A program made the translations under genes and the position numbers. From a virus (Duplodnaviria > Caudoviricetes), in IMG/VR virus record IMGVR_UViG_3300037761_000271, positions 1 through 64,000 of that record: DNA of 64,000 nt. The stretch is one strand, 5' to 3'. Under the pieces are notes generated by a model. The model was given only the letters and a program-made list of their open reading frames with translations, was not told the DNA's origin and ran no database searches. Of this stretch, positions 57,871 to 64,000 are shown in pieces (position 1 is the first letter of the stretch; each line of letters starts with the position of its first letter).

Positions 57871-57883
57871 GAGGGGATGCTGT

Positions 57884-59272
57884 GTGAGCTGGTGGCGGAG
57901 GCTGCTGGGGCTCCAGCGGGCCACCAGCACCGAGTTGCAGAAACGGTCGGCCCTGTCCTGGCAGGATTATGTTGATCTTTTCAGTTTTGGTGGCTCCAGC
58001 TATCCGCTGCTGAACACCACCATGGCCTCGATGAACGAGGAGGCCATCGGGTCGACCCTGTCGCAGGTGGCCAAGTCCAACGGGCCGGTATTCGCGCTGC
58101 TGCTCGCCCGGCTACAGGTGTTCTCCCAGGCCCGGTTCCAGTGGACCCGCTTCGACCGGGGGGCGCCCGCCGACCTGTTCGGCACGGACGAGCTGGCTGT
58201 GCTGGAGCGGCCGTGGCCGGGTGGAACCACCGCGGACCTGCTCGCCCGGATGGAGATCCAGGTCACCACTGCCGGGAACGCCTATGTGCGCCGGGTCGGC
58301 CGGGGCGAGAAGTCCCGGCTGATCTGCCTGCGGCCGGAGTGGATGTACATCGTCCTCGGGTCGCAGACCGACGCCGACCACCCGGCCGAAGCCGCCGACG
58401 TGGAGCTGCTCGGCTACGTCTACAAGCCACCCAACGCGAAGATGGTCACGTTCCTGCCCGAGGAGATCGCTCACTACGCGCCGATCCCGGACCCGGACGC
58501 CACCTACCTGGGCATGTCCTGGATCACCGCCGCCCTGCGGGACATCTCCGGCGACAACCTGATGACCGACCACAAGCGCGCCTTCCTCCGCAACGCGGCC
58601 ACCCCCAACATGGTGATCAAGTTCGACCCCAGCATCACGCTTGCGGCGGTCAAGGAGTTCAAAGAGGTCTTCGAGGCCGAGCACCAGGGCGCGCTGAACG
58701 CATACAAGACGGTGTACCTGGGCGGCGGCGCCGACGCGACCGTGGTCGGCAAAGACTTCCAGCAGTTGGAGTTCGCGGTCACCCAGGGCAAGGCCGAGTC
58801 GCGGCTGGCATCCTGCGCCGGGGTCCCCCCGTCCTGGGTCGGATTCTCCGAAGGGCTCCAGGGTTCGTCGCTCAACGCGGGCAACTTCACCGCCGCCAGG
58901 CGCCGCTTCGGCGACGGAACCATGCAGCACATGTGGATGAACGTCGCCGCCAGCCTGGAGATCCTGGTCCGCCGACCCAGCGTCGGCGTGTACCTGTGGT
59001 TCGCCACGAAGGGCATCCCGTTCCTGCACATGGACGCGAAGGACGCGGCCGAGGTGCAGGCCACCGAGGCGCAGACCATCACCGCGCTGGTGCGGGACGG
59101 GTTCACCGCCCAGTCGGCGATCCTCGCGGTCCAGAACCACGACTGGTCCCGCCTGGTGCACACCGGGAGGGTTTCTGTCCAGCTCCAGACCCCCGGTGAG
59201 GCGGACGCGGCGCAGGTCAACGGCAACGGCGCCCGGCGCGGAGAGCTGATCGTCGGTGCCCTGCGGCCATGA
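57884..59272 (+). CDS. Portal protein
   Basis: Position after terL; TTAGNAYV; LRPEWM; F..NAATPN; GVPP. Confidence 0.9.
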   Translation: MSWWRRLLGLQRATSTELQKRSALSWQDYVDLFSFGGSSYPLLNTTMASMNEEAIGSTLSQVAKSNGPVFALLLARLQVFSQARFQWTRFDRGAPADLFGTDELAVLERPWPGGTTADLLARMEIQVTTAGNAYVRRVGRGEKSRLICLRPEWMYIVLGSQTDADHPAEAADVELLGYVYKPPNAKMVTFLPEEIAHYAPIPDPDATYLGMSWITAALRDISGDNLMTDHKRAFLRNAATPNMVIKFDPSITLAAVKEFKEVFEAEHQGALNAYKTVYLGGGADATVVGKDFQQLEFAVTQGKAESRLASCAGVPPSWVGFSEGLQGSSLNAGNFTAARRRFGDGTMQHMWMNVAASLEILVRRPSVGVYLWFATKGIPFLHMDAKDAAEVQATEAQTITALVRDGFTAQSAILAVQNHDWSRLVHTGRVSVQLQTPGEADAAQVNGNGARRGELIVGALRP

Positions 59273-59294
59273 CAACTCCAGGACGGAGACGGAT

Positions 59295-61802
59295 GTGACC
59301 ACCACAACGGTGACCGGTGTGGACCTGCGGTCCGCGCTGCGGCTGTGCTACCGGTCGGTGGAGTTCCGCGCCACCGGGCCGGTCGGCGACGGGCGCACCC
59401 TGGAAGGCTACGCCGCGGTCTTCGACACCCCCACGATCATCGAGTCGTTCGCCGGGGACTTCGAGGAGGTTGTCAAGCGGGGCGCGTTCCGCAAGACGCT
59501 GCGGGACCGCATGCCGGTGATGCAGTTCGACCACGGCAACGACAAGCGCACCGGCAGTGTGCCGATCGCCTCGATCGAGGATCTGCGGGAGGACGACGAA
59601 GGTCTGTTCGTCAACGCGCGGCTGTTCGCCAACGACGTGGTGGAACCGATCCGGCAGGCAGTCGCAGGCAAAGCCATCCGCGGCATGTCGTTCAAGTTCC
59701 GGGTGATCCGGGACCAGTGGGTCGACCGTGACGGGAAGAAGATCCCCGCCGACGACCTGGCCGGCCTGCTTGAGAACCCGGGCGACCGCGGGCCGATCCG
59801 CCGGGAGATCCAAGAGGTCGAACTGTTCGAACTGGGCCCGGTGGTGTTCCCGGCCTACACGCAGACCAGTGTCGGCGTACGTGGCTCCCGGTTCGACTCT
59901 AACGCCGTGGCGGTGCGGGGTGTGCTGGGCCAGTTCGGGCTGGATGAGCGTTGCGTGCAGCGGCACCTGGCCGGGTTCGACCCGCAGGAGCGGCAGGTCC
60001 TCGCCGAAGAGGTGGTGGCCGCGTTCCCGGAGCTGGCCGACCTGCTGACCGCGCGGGCCACCCCACCGGCCGACCCGGCGCCGGCTGCCGAGCCCGAGCC
60101 TGAGCCGACCCCACCCGCACCAGTACCCACCCCGCCCCCGGCGCCTTCCCCGGCCCCGCCGGGCGGTGCCCAGAGCTCCCCGCAGCCGGCCGCGGCCACT
60201 GCGGGACCCACCACCACCGAGCCGGCCCCCAGCCACTCGGCGTCCAAGCCGGAGCCGCGTAAGCACTCCAAGGCACCCAAGCCGCCGGTAGCCAGCCGTG
60301 CGGCGACCAAGCCAGCCACAACTAGCCAGAGGAGTGACAACGTGCAGCCCACGATGACCGTGGACGAACGGCGGGAGCGGCAGGAGGAGATCCGCGCCCG
60401 CCTCACCGAGATCGACAACGAGTACATGGGTGCCGCCCTGCCGGATGAGACCCGGGAGGAGTGGGGCCGGCTGTCCGAGGAGCACCAGACCCACCAGGTG
60501 GCCATCGACGACGCGGAGCGGCGCCGGGTCAACCTGGAGAGCCTGTTCGCCCAGGGCCGCGGCGTGGAGGGTGGCGCCGGGATCACCACGGTGACCACCC
60601 CGGGTCTGCTGGCCAAGCGCACCGACTCGGACCTGTACGACCTGCGGGAGATCCGCCGGTCGGCATCCTCGGAGGATGACCTGCGCCGGCTGTACCGGGA
60701 GCGGGCCTACGAGGCGGTGGAGCGGGCCAAGTTCCCCGGGCAGAAGAACAAGGAGCGGGCGCAGGCCCGGGCGCTGGAGCTGCTGGACACGGTCGACGAC
60801 GAGTCGGCGACCCTGGCCCGGCGGATGCTGGCCACCGGATCCCCGCTGTACGACCGCGCGTTCGGTAAGGCGGTGCTGGCCCGGTCCACCTCCGGGCTGA
60901 CCGCGGAGGAGGCCCGGGCGCTGTCCGTGGGCTCCGACTCCGACGGCGGGTTCGCCGTCCCGTTCCAGCTCGACCCGACGATCATCCTCACGTCGGACGG
61001 GTCCAGCAACCCGCTGCGGCAGATCAGCCGGGTGGAGACGATCGTCGGCAAGGAATGGCAGGGTGTCACCTCCGCCGGGATCACGGTCACCCGCACCCCG
61101 GAGGTGCAGGAGGCCACCGACGACGCGCCCGAGGTGGACCAGCCGGTCGTTCGGCCCAGCGCGGTGCACGCGTTCGTTCCGTTCTCCATGGACGTGGAGC
61201 AGGACTGGACGCGGCTGCGGGCCGAGATGACCCGGCTGCTGAACAACGCCAAGGACGACGAAGAGGCCGAGTCGTTCGTCAACGGCGACGGGTCCCTGAT
61301 CAGTGGCGGCGGGCACACCCCGGACGGCATCGCCGCCGGGCTGGCCGCGGCCAGCGAGGTACCCGGCGGCGCGTCGTTCACCTCCCAGGACCTGTACGAC
61401 CTGGAGGCCGGCGACAACGGGCTGGGTGAGCGGTTCCTCGCCCGGGCCGTCTGGCTGGCCAACCGCAGCATCTACAACCTGGTGCGGCAGTTCGACACCT
61501 CCGGTGGTGCCGACCTGTGGGTGCGGCTCGGCGCGGGTCAGCCACCTGAGCTGATCGGCTACTCGGCCTTCCGCGCCTCGGCGATGCCGTCCAGCCCCAC
61601 CGGCCGGTACCTGATCCTGGGCGACTTCAACGAGTTCCTGGTTGTGGACCGTGTCGGCATGTCGGTCGAGCTTGTGCCTCATTTGTTCGGTGCGGCCCGG
61701 CGGTTCCCGACCGGGCAGCGGGGCATCTACGCCCGGTGGCGGAACACCACCAAGATCCTGGTGGACAACGCGTTCCGAGTCCTGACGGACGACGAGTCCT
61801 GA
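59295..61802 (+). CDS. HK97-type prohead protease-major capsid fusion
   Basis: LEGYAAVF..GAF..FDHG..ED..GL protease domain; Pro-rich linker; GGFAVPFQLD capsid domain; internal RBS+GTG at 60342. Confidence 0.9.
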   Translation: MTTTTVTGVDLRSALRLCYRSVEFRATGPVGDGRTLEGYAAVFDTPTIIESFAGDFEEVVKRGAFRKTLRDRMPVMQFDHGNDKRTGSVPIASIEDLREDDEGLFVNARLFANDVVEPIRQAVAGKAIRGMSFKFRVIRDQWVDRDGKKIPADDLAGLLENPGDRGPIRREIQEVELFELGPVVFPAYTQTSVGVRGSRFDSNAVAVRGVLGQFGLDERCVQRHLAGFDPQERQVLAEEVVAAFPELADLLTARATPPADPAPAAEPEPEPTPPAPVPTPPPAPSPAPPGGAQSSPQPAAATAGPTTTEPAPSHSASKPEPRKHSKAPKPPVASRAATKPATTSQRSDNVQPTMTVDERRERQEEIRARLTEIDNEYMGAALPDETREEWGRLSEEHQTHQVAIDDAERRRVNLESLFAQGRGVEGGAGITTVTTPGLLAKRTDSDLYDLREIRRSASSEDDLRRLYRERAYEAVERAKFPGQKNKERAQARALELLDTVDDESATLARRMLATGSPLYDRAFGKAVLARSTSGLTAEEARALSVGSDSDGGFAVPFQLDPTIILTSDGSSNPLRQISRVETIVGKEWQGVTSAGITVTRTPEVQEATDDAPEVDQPVVRPSAVHAFVPFSMDVEQDWTRLRAEMTRLLNNAKDDEEAESFVNGDGSLISGGGHTPDGIAAGLAAASEVPGGASFTSQDLYDLEAGDNGLGERFLARAVWLANRSIYNLVRQFDTSGGADLWVRLGAGQPPELIGYSAFRASAMPSSPTGRYLILGDFNEFLVVDRVGMSVELVPHLFGAARRFPTGQRGIYARWRNTTKILVDNAFRVLTDDES

Positions 61803-61873
61803 CCCCGACCATGATGATCCGCCGGCCGGGGCTGTGGTTCCGGCCGGCGGATCTCACCCAAGGAGACGACGAC

Positions 61874-62308
61874 GTGAGTGATCTGTTCGTGGCGCGGCAG
61901 TCCGGCACGGTGATGCTGGATGGCCGGCGGCACGCGATCCGCCGCGGGGTGACCGTGGCGAGGGCGGGATCCGAGATGCTGGCGAGGCATCCCCGGCTGT
62001 TCGAGCCGATGAAGGTGCACTACGACGCGCCAGCGAAGGGGCGTCGTAGTGCGGCGCCGGTGGAGCAGGCCACAGCCGTACCGGGTGAACGGCGGGCGGT
62101 CCGACTGCCCGAGCCGGAGCCTGAGCCCGACCCGGGCCCGGAGCCGAAGCAGGCTGTCCCGCAGCGCCCACCCACGTCCGGTGCCGGGTCCTCGGCTCCG
62201 GTGTGGCGGGAGTACGCGGCGGCGGTCCTCGGGGCACCGGCCGAGACGTACGCGACGCTGGGCCGGGACGAGATCATCGCCCTGCTGAATGCCCAGCCGG
62301 TGGGCTGA
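61874..62308 (+). CDS. Virion-associated hypothetical protein
   Basis: AGGAG RBS; small C-terminal helical motif. Confidence 0.65.
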   Translation: MSDLFVARQSGTVMLDGRRHAIRRGVTVARAGSEMLARHPRLFEPMKVHYDAPAKGRRSAAPVEQATAVPGERRAVRLPEPEPEPDPGPEPKQAVPQRPPTSGAGSSAPVWREYAAAVLGAPAETYATLGRDEIIALLNAQPVG

Positions 62309-63113
62309 GATCCCCGCCAGCCGCATCACCGTCTCGGTGCCGTACTGGCATGCGGCCGGCACGGTCCGCCGGACCGTCGAGTCGGTGCTCGCCCAGACGT
62401 GGCGGGACCTTACTGTCGTCGTGATCAACGACGGTGACGATGTGCGCCAGCTGCACGCCGCGCTGCGTGGCATCCGCGACGACCGGTTGGTCGTCCACAG
62501 TCTGCCGGCCAACCACGGCATGTACTTCGCCACCGCGGTGGTATTGGGTGGCACCGGCGACCGGCTGTGGTCGCAGGTCGACGCCGACGACTGGATCGAG
62601 CCGCACCGGTTGGAGAAACTGGCCGCCGGGCTGGGCGACGCTGACGCGGTGTTCACCCCATGGACGAACCACAACCTGGACGGCACCACCCACATCCGTG
62701 GCATCCAAACCCCGGAGTACCAGGCCGAGCAGGGCTGGACACTGCGGGCTGTCGCCCACATGTGCAACCTGTGGACCACGGGGTTCGCCCGGCAGATAGT
62801 TCACCCGGGGTGCCGGCTGGCGTGGGACCAGATGATGACCCAGCTCGCCTGGCGGTTCGGAACCATCACTGTGGTCGACGATCCGAGCCACCACCGGCAG
62901 ATGACCGCCGGGTCGCTGATGGCCTCGGCCCGCACCGGCCGAGGCAGCCCAGCTCGCCGCCGGGACCGGCGGCATCACAAAAGGTTGTGGCCGCAGCTGA
63001 CCGCCTGCGCGGACGTGGCGCAGGCGAGCAGGTTGCTCCGCCGCGACAGCGGCCGGCCGGTCGTGAACGAGCTGAAGGCGGAGGTATGGCGGATGAGGCA
63101 GGCACTCGCATGA
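62289..63113 (+). CDS. GT2-family glycosyltransferase
   Basis: VPYW..VESVLAQT...VVINDG; N.G; VDADD. Confidence 0.88.
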   Translation: MPSRWAEIPASRITVSVPYWHAAGTVRRTVESVLAQTWRDLTVVVINDGDDVRQLHAALRGIRDDRLVVHSLPANHGMYFATAVVLGGTGDRLWSQVDADDWIEPHRLEKLAAGLGDADAVFTPWTNHNLDGTTHIRGIQTPEYQAEQGWTLRAVAHMCNLWTTGFARQIVHPGCRLAWDQMMTQLAWRFGTITVVDDPSHHRQMTAGSLMASARTGRGSPARRRDRRHHKRLWPQLTACADVAQASRLLRRDSGRPVVNELKAEVWRMRQALA

Positions 63114-64000
63114 TCGTCGGGGTGACCGGCGGTGCCGGGTTCATCGGCGGGTATGTCTGCGAGGAGCTTCAACGGCGCGGGCACGAGCCGGTCGTGTTCG
63201 ATCACCTGGGCCGCGGCGACGGTAGCGTGATGCTCGGCGACGTACGCGACGCCACGGCGATGACGGAGCTGGCCGCGCACGTGGACGGGATCATCCACCT
63301 GGCCGCCTGTCTGGGCACCCAGGAGACGATCCGCAACCCGCGACCGGCGGCCGAGACGAACATCCAGGGCGGGCTGAACTTCCTGGAGGCGATCGCCCAG
63401 TACGGCATACCCGGCTGCTACATCGGCGTCGGGAACCACTGGATGGACAACACGTACTCGATCTCCAAGACGGCTGTGGAGCGGTTCGTCCGCATGTTCA
63501 ACCGGGAGCGGCGGACCCGCTGCAACGTGGTGCGGCTGGTCAACGCCTACGGACCCCGGCAGTCGGTGGCACCACCGTTCGGACCCGCCAAGGTACGCAA
63601 GATCACCCCTGCGTTCGTGTGCCGCGCCCTGACCGGGCAGCCGATCGAGGTGTACGGCGACGGGCAGCAGGTCTCCGACATGGTGTGGGTTGGTGACGGA
63701 GCCCGGGCACTGGTCGCCGCGCTGGAGGGCGCCGATCGGGGTGCCGTACACGACCGGGTGGTCGAATGCGGGCCGGCGCAGCACACCACGGTGGAGCGGG
63801 TGGCCGAGCTGGTGCGGCGTCACGTCGCCAGGCTCGGGTACGAGCCACAGGGGGTAGTCCACCTGCCGATGCGCCCCGGGGAGGTCCCCGGGGCGAAGGT
63901 GATCGCCGACTACGAGACGCTGCGGCTGGTCGGCATCGACCCGGAGACCCTGAAACCACTGGACGAAGGGATCGCCGAGACAGTCCGCTGGTACGCGGAG
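63110..64000 (+). CDS. NAD-dependent epimerase/dehydratase, runs off the window end
   Basis: Hand-translated: VTGGAGFIG, IIHLAA, YSISK, NAYGPRQ. Confidence 0.92.
   Translation, partial: MIVGVTGGAGFIGGYVCEELQRRGHEPVVFDHLGRGDGSVMLGDVRDATAMTELAAHVDGIIHLAACLGTQETIRNPRPAAETNIQGGLNFLEAIAQYGIPGCYIGVGNHWMDNTYSISKTAVERFVRMFNRERRTRCNVVRLVNAYGPRQSVAPPFGPAKVRKITPAFVCRALTGQPIEVYGDGQQVSDMVWVGDGARALVAALEGADRGAVHDRVVECGPAQHTTVERVAELVRRHVARLGYEPQGVVHLPMRPGEVPGAKVIADYETLRLVGIDPETLKPLDEGIAETVRWYAE

Noticed and set aside
59217-61682. Long antisense ORFs (821 aa here; also 25967..27952, 13690..15267, 5852..7315)
   Set aside because: Shadow frames of real GC3-rich genes; no motifs or RBS.

Overview
A 64-kb segment of a high-GC temperate actinomycete phage, probably a siphovirus. 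Host group is inferred from SsgA-, BldC-, WhiB- and DUF397-type genes. Left to right: end of an operon carrying a tRNA array, an antisense LAGLIDADG gene and RtcB; a serine recombinase with repressor/Cro switch; a long rightward early operon (ParB-like, several HNH-AP2 endonucleases, AAA/Sak4-like ATPase, VRR-NUC, DUF5131, ASCH, SLOG, iteron-bearing initiator, DnaB, HerA-like ATPase); a tyrosine recombinase; three tnpA-less IS200/IS605 tnpB elements plus an omegaRNA-only remnant; then HNH-terS-terL, portal, protease-capsid fusion, a GT2 glycosyltransferase and an epimerase. The standout is an antisense cassette between terL and portal (56388-57870). It holds a RAMP/Cas7-like gene, an accessory gene and three GGY-NN pentamer arrays, two of them separated by a tRNA-like minihelix. 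This fits a VIPR-like RNA-guided system (name recalled from memory, not verified here). Read as the first two bases of successive codons, one array matches the adjacent portal 5' end at 20/26 positions, and the phage's own copy looks recoded. A second array decodes to a GRPxxYCSxxC zinc-finger-type motif. All calls come from manual reading, with no database searches.
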